The translations under genes were made by a program, and so were the position numbers. The notes under the pieces are model-generated. The model did no database searches and was not told the DNA's origin. It worked only from the letters and a program-made list of their open reading frames with translations. Source: Lingula anatina (lineage: Eukaryota > Animalia > Brachiopoda). From it: a stretch of 64,000 nt of DNA. The DNA is taken from assembly GCA_051362555.1 (NCBI GenBank), contig CM120644.1, forward strand, positions 2,426,954 through 2,490,953. Direction: 5' to 3'. Every line of letters starts with the position of its first letter. Within the stretch, counting starts at the first letter, position 1. Shown here in pieces: positions 41,414 through 53,419 of this stretch.

Positions 41414-41955
41414 CTTAACACTATAGGTAGAGACTATGTTCTCAACCACCACCAACAGCAGCGTGACTCTGTGCTTCATGACTGACATGTCTATGATTTT
41501 TACCCTGGCGAGGTCTCTGAAAAAAAGTTTTCTATATCAGTATTATTCCTATGTCTACTGCATGATCAAAAATATATCCCTTCATGAAGGGACATGATAT
41601 TTAAAATGTTAGTGGTATAAAGACATTTCAGTGGTAACCGTAGCCAGATCAGATCAGATTCATTCAATTTACCCTCACTAATCACACGTATCCAGATACT
41701 TTGCCAAGGTGTGTTTTGAGCACATTTAGACGCGAAACGCACTACGTACCTTACCGCTTGGTTTTCCAACTCTTCTAATGCGGCAGTGTTTTGTCTGATA
41801 AATTTATAAAAATAATTAAGACCCAATAATGTATTATTGCCTTCAATGTGAAAACAGCTATTCCGCATTTAAAAATACAATACCCCCTTTCAATTTTACA
41901 ATTGCAAGTTGAACTTTTCTTTATTTTCAAATGTAAGCGTGGAACTTAATTGCAG
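41414..41955 (-). pseudogene. Orphan leader exon and type-B exon 1 resembling copy 3, EF exon absent
   Basis: ~41488-41414 reads MSVMKHRVTLLLVVVENIVSTYSVK with the GTAGG donor replaced; region matches 36590-37125. Confidence 0.7.
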
Positions 41956-42327
41956 GGGAAGAGGGGAACACGTCTTTTTTTTAACGATATTGATCGTACA
42001 CCTTGGTCCATCGGAAACTTTTGGAAACTGAACATAACTATAAATAGTATTTTTGCTCTACTGAATATGTACTTCTACAATTGTAAGTGAAAAGAAAAAA
42101 AGGAGCATTCATCCTAGATTAATATGACAATCAACCGAAACCAAAACCTCCACTTAACAACCTATGTCTCAAGTGTGACATAACAATATTGTTACTGAAT
42201 GTTATAATTATAGTGTAGAGATACACGGAGATACCAGTATTGACAGGTTTGATAAATGAAAGAGATATGGACTAGCTTATAGGGAAAATGTTATAACTGA
42301 AATGCTTCTTCACTTCAATTTACATCG

Positions 42328-43225
42328 TTAATTTCGGGGGCCTAATACCATTTCCTTGGGATTAGCCTTTTCATCAAAAAATGCATGATGGAATGCGTTT
42401 GTAAATTCTTCATCATCAAGGATATCATTTTCATTATGGTCAATACCTTTAAATACGTCTTGAACAGGGGTTTTGTTGCGCATTACAAAAAGAAAGTTGG
42501 AATATTCATCTAAAGTCAGTTTGTCATCGCAGTCGAGGTCAAATATGTGAAACCATTCCCAGGAGTCCCGGAAGAGCTCTTCGCGTGAATAACCAAGCTC
42601 CTCAATAGCCAGAAGCCATTCCTCGAATGTTATGGATGTCTTATAGTTGGTATTTTTGTTAGACCACCAATACAGATACAGTTCGGACATAATACCATAT
42701 ACGGCCTTCGCTCGCCAGGATTCCAAGACCTTTCCAGCTCTCTCCGCTGTTGCATCGATGTATTACTCTTTAGTAACTACTCCGTCTCTGTTGTGGTCGA
42801 TGATGTCAAAATATGACTGAAATTTAGCTATCCTGTGCTCATTTAAATGTGCCTTGGAGTCCTACGGGATATGAAAGGGTACATCCAAAGACAAAAATAA
42901 GAATTTACACACTGTGAATTCGGGACAATAAAACAAATTCTAAAAAATATAACATATTCTTAAATCCTTCACGTTATAATAATCGAAGGCAGTTTATTTA
43001 TGGGGCAAGTAAAATTGATTTCCAAGTGTGCAGGCTGTGATGCATATAAATAATGTGATTATGTTCCTACCCTATTTCTCTATGCTCTTTAAGCTACTGG
43101 TAATGGCTTTCAGACAACGGTTTAATAGGAGGACACCTGTGTGGACCTACCTTTACACCATATTTAGAGGCAATGCTTCGAACCACCAACAAGAGCAGCA
43201 TGACTCTGTGCTTCATGACTGACAT
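42328..43225 (-). pseudogene. EF-hand copy 5 with a premature stop in EF-hand 1
   Basis: Leader exon 43225-43151 (MSVMKHRVMLLLLVVRSIASKYGVK) plus exon 42861-42328 (534 nt). Codon 33 of the EF exon is TAA (42763-42765) where paralogs have GAA; also a one-codon deletion (AIEELG). Confidence 0.88.
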
Positions 43226-43814
43226 GTCTATGATTTTTACCCTGGCGAGATTTCTGCAAGAAAACCACATTTAAGTATAATTTCAAAGCCCCGCAGGTTC
43301 AACATGCCCCTCTCTCAAGCATAACCACTGCATCGTCTTTTAAATCGGCTTAACCAATTGCAAATCATTGCCCCATCAGACCCGGGGTCATAGCATGATA
43401 TAGTAAACTACCCCAAACATATACCTAAACCGCCAAATCAAATGTCAAATTTGACCTTGACCATCATTTTCCAGGTCATTTGGTTATTTCATGGAGAAAT
43501 ATTGACGTGGGGTAAAAGTGATGTTTTGTTGACCCCCCCCCCCCCCCACCCAATTCGCATATGCTCTTTTAGAATTTGGGGTCAAATTTATCCCATGACC
43601 TTCACATGACCTTGTACGTGCCCATTGCTTTCAAGTTCAAAGGTCAATTTGTCTTTATTTGTCATTTTTGCCTATGTCTTACCTCCATATACCCGCTATT
43701 ATACGGATGTATTGCCTTAGGGTAGTTTGTTAACATAACTCAAAATTAAGGCAAGGGGTCATTAGGTCAATAAACCAGAACACAATATCTTTTACTGATT
43801 GACGACAGCCTTTC

Positions 43815-43915
43815 CACACCTAAAAGAGACAATGCTTTCAACCCTCACCAACAGCAGCGTGACTCTGTGTTTCATGACTGACATGTGTATGATCTTTACC
43901 CCGGCGAGGTTTCTG
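43815..43915 (-). pseudogene. Degenerate extra leader exon
   Basis: MSVMKHRVTLLLVRVESIVSF, then frameshift and no canonical donor. Confidence 0.6.
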
Positions 43916-46308
43916 AAAAAATTTATGTATATCAATATAATTCCAGCAGGTGCCACATACCCCCCCCCCCCCCTTAACTGCTGTATCGTCTGGTATATCC
44001 GTTTACCGTTTTTTTGTCCCCATCAGACCGGATAACCGAATTTTTATTCATATGCACCGTTATCAATTAGATCTCACTCTTCCCAGTCTGTGAACAAGGT
44101 AAATGTACATGTAAATAGAAAACAACCATTTGAATACCGACCCTGTCATGTGACGTTGTTTATATGACTTACCAATAGTGTCCAACTATTCTAGCTCTTA
44201 GAATCGTGTCTTGTTGGATGCGTTATGTAGCAGTACTGGTGTTTTGATGAAGATCCAATGGTGTTTTATAGCAAAAGAGACGGTGGTGATACCACATTTA
44301 ATTATTTAATATTTAAGTCCCCCTATGCGTCCAGTTTTTCTAGCTGTAAAGTTTTGTCATATAATGTAAACACAGAACTACATTTTCATGCTGGTTTTCA
44401 AGTGACAAAAGACAAAACAAATTATATGCTAGCGTTTTTAGCAGTGTTTGTTCACTGATATTTCTTATTTACACAGTTTACGTCTTCTAGACATCATTTC
44501 TCGTGAAATTTGTCTTGAGACTATATTATTATTATACAAAGCCACTTCCCTTGTATCTCTTGGTATGACCGTGACTTAGTATCCGGCATTCGTAGTATAC
44601 TCCAATCCAGTTCTAAATCCTTATAAATTATGCAAGAGAGTGTTTAGTAAAATGTGCCTTGGAGTCCTATGAGATATAAATCCGTAGAGGTGCACCGATT
44701 TTAATTTATAAATGTTAGTCTAAAATATTAGTCTAAATTCTTGTTAAATAGGTCTTTATTATCAATTTATTTGAAATAAAAGGCCCTGAAACTATACCCT
44801 TTATAGGCATGTCCGTGTAGCAGTACAAGACCGATCACCAATCCCTCACCCCATCACACGATCAATGACAGTCATAACACCATAACTAATTAGCCCCTTT
44901 GTTGTTTTGTCAGTACACATTCAAAGCCACATCTCAGCATTTTGCTAAGGATCCCCTGAATAGAAGAACCCATCCCACTCGCCTATATTTATGCAGGCTT
45001 TTAAATTTATTCTGTCTTATGAATGGTACATTCAGAACAACCTAATTGTCTGATCAAAAAGGCACAATCAAATGTATATCCCTTTTACAATGGGATGTCA
45101 TTTAAATATTTTAATATTACAATTATAAAGACATTTCAGTGGTAGGCAGGTTAGGTGGGAATCGTTCAAAACTACATTCACTAATCACAAGTATCCAAGG
45201 TGCCAAGGTGTGTTTTGAACACACTAGGACTGCGAAACTCACTACACGTACCTTACCAGTTGATATTTTGACTCTTTGAATACTGAAATGTTTTGTCCGA
45301 CTTGGAAGGAATAATGTCTGGTTAAGTATAATTATGTAATCTTGCCTTTAGTGTGATAACAGCTATCCCGTATTTAAATGTGCATTCCTTACCATTGTCA
45401 ATTTTGCAAGTTGAATTTTTTTTTTCAAATGTGAACACGGACAGGACAACAAAGATGCTAATTAGTTATTGTGACTTCATACATTCTAGACTATATGTGC
45501 AGATGTGACTGAAGACTCGATTATAGGTTTAGTGAGTAGCATTTTGTCGAAAGAATAGTGTATATAGGTTTAAACATATCTATTCCACTTAATACCCTAC
45601 ATCATTTGTAACCCCAATACCATTATCCCTACGGCAAAGTATAACAAAAAAAGTTATTAACAAATGCTATTAATGCATATTCCTGAAGTCTGCTCGACTG
45701 ACCTTTTATAGAGAGAATCAAAGTCACATATTAATTTTGGAGAATACAATCCACACATGTAGATTTGGGCATGGTACCTAAAGGACTTAGACTTAATAGT
45801 TTGGATAAAGTCAAACTTCTGACAGTCCTGAGGGTTAAAGCTCTCTGCTGTGTTCACTTTATGGCCAAACAGTATCCCGTTCATTTGTGAATTTAATTTT
45901 GTGTCACTTTTCTAAATTTCAAGAGGGGAACACGTCCGTTTTGAGCTACTTCATTGTTCGTAAGCATTGGTCTTTTAGAACTGAGTTTAAAATAGGAATT
46001 AATTACAACTGAACAAAACTATGCATACATATATTGTATATTGCCCCACTGAATGAGCAGCACTAAAACCAGAAGTTCATAGAAAAAAGAGAAACATTCC
46101 ACCTAGATATATCTGATAGTAAACCAAAGTCAAAAGCTGCACTTAACAGCCTATTATGCCTAAAGTGTAACATAACAGTATTATCAATGAATTCTTCAAA
46201 TAAAGTACAGAGAGTAATCAGCAAAGCAGTGACATATTTAAAAAGCAAAAAAGTTATGAGCTAGCTTAAGGCAAAAACTTGACGACCCGACTGCTTCTTC
46301 ATTTTACC

Positions 46309-47217
46309 TCATATCGTCATTTTTCGGGAGCCAAATATAATTTCATCGGGATTGGCATTTTGGTCAAAAAATGCATGATGGAATGCGTTTGTGAATTCTT
46401 CACCATCAAGAATACCATTGTCATCATGGTCAATGACTTTAAATATGTCTTGGACAGGGGCCGTGTTGCCGATTACATAAAGGAAGTTGGAATACTCATC
46501 TACCGTCATTTTTTCATCACAGTCGAGGTCAAACGTGTAAAACCAATCCCAGGAGTCCCGGAAGACCTCTTCCCTTGAATTGCCGAGTTCCTTCTCTATG
46601 GCTGGAAACCATTCCTCGAACGTCATGGATGTCTTATAGTTTGTGTTTGCGTTAGACCACCAATATAGATACATTTTGGACATAATACCATACACGGCCT
46701 TAGCTCTCCAGGATTCCAAGACCTTTCTAGCTCTCTCTGTTGTTGCATCGATGTATTCCTCTTTAGTGACTACTCCGTCTCCATTGACGTCACTGTGGTC
46801 AAAGAACGACTTAAACTTAACAATCCAGTGCTTAGTAAAATGTTCCTTGGAGTCCTGCGGGAGACGAAAAATAAGAGGTATCTCACCGTAAATTCAGTAC
46901 AATTTTAAAAAATCTCCAAAAAATATTGTCGTTATATAGGTCTTAAATCTTACATGTTTATGTCAAAGACGGTTTCACCTATGCTAGGAGTAAATTGATT
47001 TTCAAGTTCACACATTGCAGTCTGATATGATTTAAAGTATGTAATGTAATAATGTTCTTATAGACCATTTTTCTATGATCCTTTAGCTTTTGGCAATGGC
47101 TTTCAGACAAGGTTTAATAGCAGGACACCTGTGTGGACCTACCTTTACACCAAAAGTATAGGCAATGCTTCCCACCGTCACCAACAGCAGCGTGACTCTG
47201 TGCTTCATAGCTGACAT
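46309..47217 (-). CDS. Putative secreted SCP/aequorin-family EF-hand protein, copy 6 (206 aa)
   Basis: Leader exon 47217-47143 (MSAMKHRVTLLLVTVGSIAYTFGVK) plus exon 46854-46309 (DSKEHFTKHWIVKFKSFFDHSDVNGDGVVTKEE...IIFGSRKMTI). Confidence 0.9.
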
Positions 47218-47494
47218 TTTTATAATTTTACCCTGGCGAGGTTTCTGAAAAAATATATATATGCACAACACAAAAGTCTAGCAAGTGCCACCCTCCCTTC
47301 CCCCCTCACTCACTACCACTGTGTCGTCTGGTATATCTGCTTTACCAATTTTTTGTCCTCAGCAGACTCGATGACCGAAATTTGATTCGTATGCACTGTT
47401 ATCAACTAGATCTCTCTCTACCCAGTCTGTGAACAAGAGAAATGTAAATAGAAAATATCAATTTGACTACCGACGTTGTTTATATGACTTACCA

Positions 47495-48408
47495 GGTATC
47501 AGGACAATTCCCCCCCGGACAATTCCCCCCCGGACTATTCCCCCCGGACAATTCCCCCCCGGACAATTCCCCCCCAGGACAATTCCCCCCCGGACGATTC
47601 CCCCCCAAAGAATATATATATTTATATACAAATATAAAGTAAAGAATACAAAGTTCAAAGTTCTTTTCACCCATTTTTGAATATTTCTTAGTGTGATGAT
47701 GCAAATCAAGGATAGATAATATTAATTCTATTAAACAATTTATTTTCTTGGAGTTCAAGTACATGAAATTTTCGAGATAGAAGTACAGAACATTTTATTA
47801 CAAATCTGATCAAAGAATATATATCTCCAGGTAAAGAAGGGGTAAACAGATGATCTCACTCATCCAGGTAGCCCTTTGATGAATTAACTGTTACTTTTAA
47901 TTGCTTTATTTCTCCCCCCCCCCCTTGATTCAGTAAGTCTTGAATCAAGCTGCATCTCTAGGGAGAGGTGGGGTAAACAGATTTTCTCGCTTCTCCAGGT
48001 ATCCCTGTGACTATTTGTCACTTTTAATTGCTTGACCACCACCCACCACCCACCACACTAAAATATTTATAAAATATCTGTTTACCTGTTCATCTGTTTA
48101 CCCCACTTTTACCTGAAGGATAGGTGGTAATACTTCCATTAGATACTTAATAAATCTTCCTGTACTTGTACTCAATGAAAAGGGAATTTGTTATAAAATA
48201 ATTTGTTTCATGGTGAAGTTATATTATCACACTAAAAATGTTAATAAAATAGATGAAATGTTTTAAACTTTACACTTTCTACTTTATATTTGTATATAAA
48301 TATATATTTCTTGGGGGGGGATCGTCCGGGGGGGAATTGTCCGGGGGGGAATTGTCCGGGGGGAATAGTCCGGGGGGGAATTGTCCGGGGGGAAATTGTC
48401 CTAGAATC
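47495..48408. mobile_element. MITE with 9-bp TSD (Mutator-like) and G/C-run subterminal repeats
   Basis: TSD GACTTACCA at 47486-47494 and 48409-48417; (ggacaattccccccc)n at the left end and its reverse complement at the right end. Confidence 0.9.
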
Positions 48409-49110
48409 GACTTACCATAGTGTCCTACTCTTCTCTTTGAATCGTGCCTTGTCGGATCCGTTGTGTTGCAGTACTGCTGTTTTGTTGAAGATACAACGGT
48501 GTTTTATAGCGAAAAGACGATGATACCATATTTCCAGTTTTTCTAGCTGTAATGTTTTTTTCATATAATGTAAACACAGAACTACATTTTCATGCGGGTT
48601 GTCAAGTGAAAAAAAGACAAAACAAATTATATTCTAGTGCTTTTAGTGGTATTTGACCACTGATATTTCTTGTTTACACAGATTTCATTTTCTGGACATC
48701 TACATTTCTTGTGAAATTTGTCATGAGATTACATTATTATTATAATTATAATAATTATCATTTTTTTTTTTCAGAACTTCTTTCCTTGAGTCTCTTGGTA
48801 TGTCCGTGACCTTCGTCTCCGGTAATCGTAGTAAATTCCAATCCAGTTATAGAAAAATGTGCCTTGGAGTCCTATGAGATATTAATCCTTAAAGCTGCGC
48901 CTATTTTAAGTTAATACTGAATAAATGATTGCTCTTCATTCTTTTCAAACTCATCTCTATTATCCACATTTACAATGCAAGGTAGCCCTTCACATAACAA
49001 AAATATTCCAAAAAAAACTGCAAAGAAAAAAAAAACTGGGTCTAACTTTGAATGTAAAAATGGGTTCATTAACCACTGTTAAGTATGGGAAATTTGTTGT
49101 TTACTCCAGG

Positions 49111-49154
<44 letters not shown>

Positions 49155-50446
49155 CAAAGCGAAGAGTTATTATCCCTTTAATGTAAACACAACTACATTT
49201 TCACGCGGGTTGTCAAGTTAAAATTGTCACGTAAATCAACGAAATGCTTTTCAGTCCACACGAGACAGGGAATGCCCAAACACACGTGTAATGTTCAAAA
49301 ATAAACCCGTGTCAAACAAAACAAAAGAAAATGTTTACACGTATCCAGACACTTTGTCAAGGTGTGTTTTGAACACGAGCAGACTGCGAAACGCGCATCA
49401 CGTGCCTTACCGTTTGGTTTTTCAACTCTTCTAATGCGGCAGTATTTTGTCTGATATATCAAACTGTTGAAGACCCAAGAATGTTTCATTGCCTTCAATG
49501 TAATAACAGCTATCCCGTATTTAGATATGCATCCCTTTTTCAATTTTACCATTGCAAGTTGAACATTTCTTTATTTCAAAATGTAAACATGGAACTTAAT
49601 TGTCATGTGGGCTGCCAGGACAAAAACGATGCTAAGTTATTGTGGCTTTTTACATTCTGGAATAAATGTATAGATGTTACTGCAGACTCGAATACACGTT
49701 AAGTGAGTAGCATTTTATCAACAGAATTGCATTTGAAGGTTAAAATATATCTATTCAGCCCAATACGATACGTCTCATGTTACTCCAATACCAAAGTAGC
49801 ATTACCCTACGGCAATCCGTGAAATGTTACAATAAAAAGTCATAAACAGATGATATTTATTAATATTCTGGAAGATTGTTCAACTGACTAATTATAGAGA
49901 ATCAAATTCACATATTTGTTTTGGAGAACGCGACTTTTTAATAATCTATTCTACCTAATGCCATATATCGTATGCAGCTCTCACACCAAAAAGGTGTTAC
50001 AACTACTGCAATCAGCAAAATGTTACAGACAAAAGTAAAAAGCAAATGATATTTATTCGTATTCTGGACTGACCATAATTAAAGAGGATCAAAGTCATAT
50101 CTTAGTATTGGACAACGCAGTCCACGCGTTTCGATCATGCCATGGTGCCAAAATGACGTGCAATTAATTTTTTGGATAAACTTAAACTTCTAAAAACCCT
50201 GAGGGTCAAAACTCCCTTCTGTGTTTGCTGCATGGTCAAATGTTTATCCCTTTTAGATATGAATATCATTTTGAGTGACTTTTTTCTATATTTTGCAAGG
50301 GGTACACGTCCTTTTTTATTTACGACATTGATCGTACACCTTGGTCTATCAGAAAAGTTTGGAAGCTGGACAAAGCTCTGAATACACATGTACTATATTT
50401 TATTTTGCTCGACTGAGTATGTTCTTCTACAATAGGAAGTGAAAAG

Positions 50447-51000
50447 TGAGAGCCGATGTGAAAAAATCTTGTTTGTATTACATAAAAAACATCAGTTCCC
50501 TACGAAATAATTTAACAGATTCTGCCACTGCCACGATCATTCATGCATGCCCTAGTAACATCAAGGCTTGATTACTGTAACTCCTTGCTCTATGGATGCG
50601 GCATAGAAAGAACAAAGAAAGTCCAACGCATTCAAAATATATCAGCACGTCTTCTTACCCGAAATTCTATAGAGAATCACATGACACCGATATTAAAACA
50701 ACTTCACTGGCAAACTTTTAACTCATGCTCATGCGGCTTTTTATGGACTTGCACCAGATTTTATTTGTGAACTTGTATCTCATTACACACCAAATCGTAC
50801 CTTAAGATCTAAGGATCAATTATTACTAAAACCACAGAATGCAAGACTGAAATATTTTGGTGAAAAATCATTCCAGTACGCGGCACCACGTGAGTGGAAT
50901 AAATTACCTTTGGACTTGAGAAGCATTAGCTCAGTGGAGGATTTTAAAAAAAGCTTTAGAAACTTACCTTTTTAACAAATTTTATTAAAGAATATTTTAT
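50447..51000 (+). mobile_element. L2/CR1-type LINE ORF2 3' remnant
   Basis: HALVTSRLDYCNSLLYG...VQRIQNISARLLT...HMTPILKQLHW; downstream SFQYAAPREWNKLP; frameshifted. Confidence 0.88.
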
Positions 51001-51718
51001 AACTCGGAAATATTAACTGGACATCATTATCTTAACTCAGACTCTTAGGTCATAATTTGATTAATTCAATTCATCTTAACTTTTTTTTTTTTTTTTGTTT
51101 TTTTTTTTTTTTTTTTGTTTTTTAATTTTGTAAAGTCTACAGAACATATTTTATGGATTTTAGACTTTAAATAAATATATTACTATTATTAATATATTAT
51201 TAAAGAAAAAGAGGAACATTCGAAAATACGGCACAATTAAAAAATCAGGAAAAAAATTAAATAATTGAAATCTAACTTCCAATAAGTTAATGAGGAACAC
51301 GGTTTCGCTTATGGTCCGATGTGTAGCTGCGCGTAGCCTTCTCAGAAAACAAATATAGTGGCGCCAATCGTCAAGTTCCTCCCAGGCCTTTCTTTTTTTA
51401 CTGTAACTCAAGAGGTAAGTGTTAAATTGGCAGCGCGTAACAATGAAATTTAAGTAATAAACATTTCATGCACAATTATTCTTGAAGCTTTGGAAGGTTT
51501 CAAATTAATAGACAACAACTCACCAGCTTTTTCTCAAGTTCTAAGTTTTTTCAAATCCCGTATTCCAATGTACATCCCCTATCGTCGCCAAATTTACAAG
51601 TTGAACACCTTTTTCTTTAAATGTAATCAAGGACTTACATTGCAATATGGGCTTCAATGACAACGAAAATTTATGCATGTTTCATTTTCATTTTATATTT
51701 GTATAAATATGACAATAA

Positions 51719-51768
<50 letters not shown>

Positions 51769-53419
51769 ATGGCGCCTGTTGACAGTATTTGATAGATGTA
51801 CATAGGCAGATAGGTTTGGAAACACGCTTAGATTCCTAGTGCAAAGCTTTATTTACTATTTTTTGTCATAAAGAATATAATCATCAAACCTATTTACGTT
51901 TCACTTCAAATATAATATATTTTAAGAGATTGACAGCTATTGAGACTTACAGACGATAATAATAATTATTATTGTTATTATTGCTATAGTATTAATTTTT
52001 AATGTGTTCAATAGACCGTGCAATTTAAAATACAAGCCATGAAACCAATATTTACGAAATTGAATTTTAGACTATATGACAGTTCATTTCTTTCAAATGC
52101 TACTTCAATACAAGTCATTTAAATGCACAAGATTCAGTTGTATAATTGACGAAAGGACATCTTCAATCTCCTTTTTCAAATGCTTTAAAACGAAATGGAT
52201 CAAAGGATTGTAGGCATGATGTGATTGTCATTTTAAATTTAGAAACAAACAGCAATATTTTTAATACGTTGTAAACGTTGGAAGTCATTAATTGAGAAAG
52301 GATTTGATATTGACCAATTACTTATTGAACTAAAAACAAGATAATAAGTACCTTTGAAAATAGTGAACCTGTCAGTTGTCAGTTACAAAGCAGTAACCCG
52401 CAAGAACGCACTAATGCACGCGCACACACATACTTGTCTATGTGTACCAACCGAGGACATCAGCACAACACCATACAACCGAGGACATCTTATTCCTTGG
52501 TTAAATCAAAATAAAAACATTCAATTTAGGGTAAAATCTATTCGAGTATGAATGTTATAAATTAATTTTTTATAAAAACTAATTTTTTGCTGACAAGAAT
52601 TTTACATTCTAACCGAGGACACACACGGACACACACACGGACAGACACTACACATTACAACCGAGGACATGCATGCATCTACATGTAATAATGATTGTAC
52701 TTTTAATGCAAAGCAAATTTTATATAGCGTTACTTTGCAGCAATTCACATTTTTATGAAATTCTTTCATATTTAAGGTAAATTCCAAAATAACACCAGAG
52801 GTGATGATTAAATGAACAGTTATACAATATTTAATGCTGGGCTTTGCCACTTTTTTAGAATTGAAGATTATGAGATAAAACATCAATTAATTTAGGAAAA
52901 GAAAGGATACTGATGAAATAAAATAAAAGACCAAAGAAATTCGTTTTCAAACATTTTATTTTCATAATGCTTATTTTCTATTTAGCACTCTTTTATTATC
53001 ATGAATTTTATATTTTGATAACACAAAGTGTCGTCCATTGGATACAGACTTGCACAGTACACAATTTTACAATTGAGGACATCATGCCAGCAGCACCCAA
53101 AATTGTGCTTTCTTTCAATTTGATGCAATATTATATAATGCTTAACAGCATAATGATCATCAATTTTTTATAATAAAATATTAGTATCATGAATATTCAG
53201 AAAATGTGACTAGCAAAGGTTTTCAGGTTCATGGAACTCCAAAGTCATACTTTGAAAATGCTAAATGTATACAAGAGAGCACTGTACTGAAATGGGTTTC
53301 TTTCCATTTTTAACTTTTTTACATAAAATAATACAGTTTACTGCCATTTCACATGATCAACTAAAGAAAGTGTTGAGATGGCAAAAATATCAATATAACA
53401 AGTTTAAATGTCCAATTTC

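Noticed and set aside
27077-46719. ORF-track starts 'MESWRAK' for the EF-hand proteins
   Set aside because: These are internal TTG (Leu) codons; the true starts are in the upstream leader exons
47495-48408. Short regular repeats and PPRTI/GGNCP ORFs suggesting CRISPR or a repetitive protein
   Set aside because: No spacers, the repeats are inverted at the two ends with a 9-bp TSD, and the context is eukaryotic: these are MITE termini
27755-50389. Recurring short ORFs such as MSRRCHTP, MRFDLAMV and MVFSLDHQ
   Set aside because: They recur because of the segmental duplications or are antisense to EF-hand exons; no independent coding evidence
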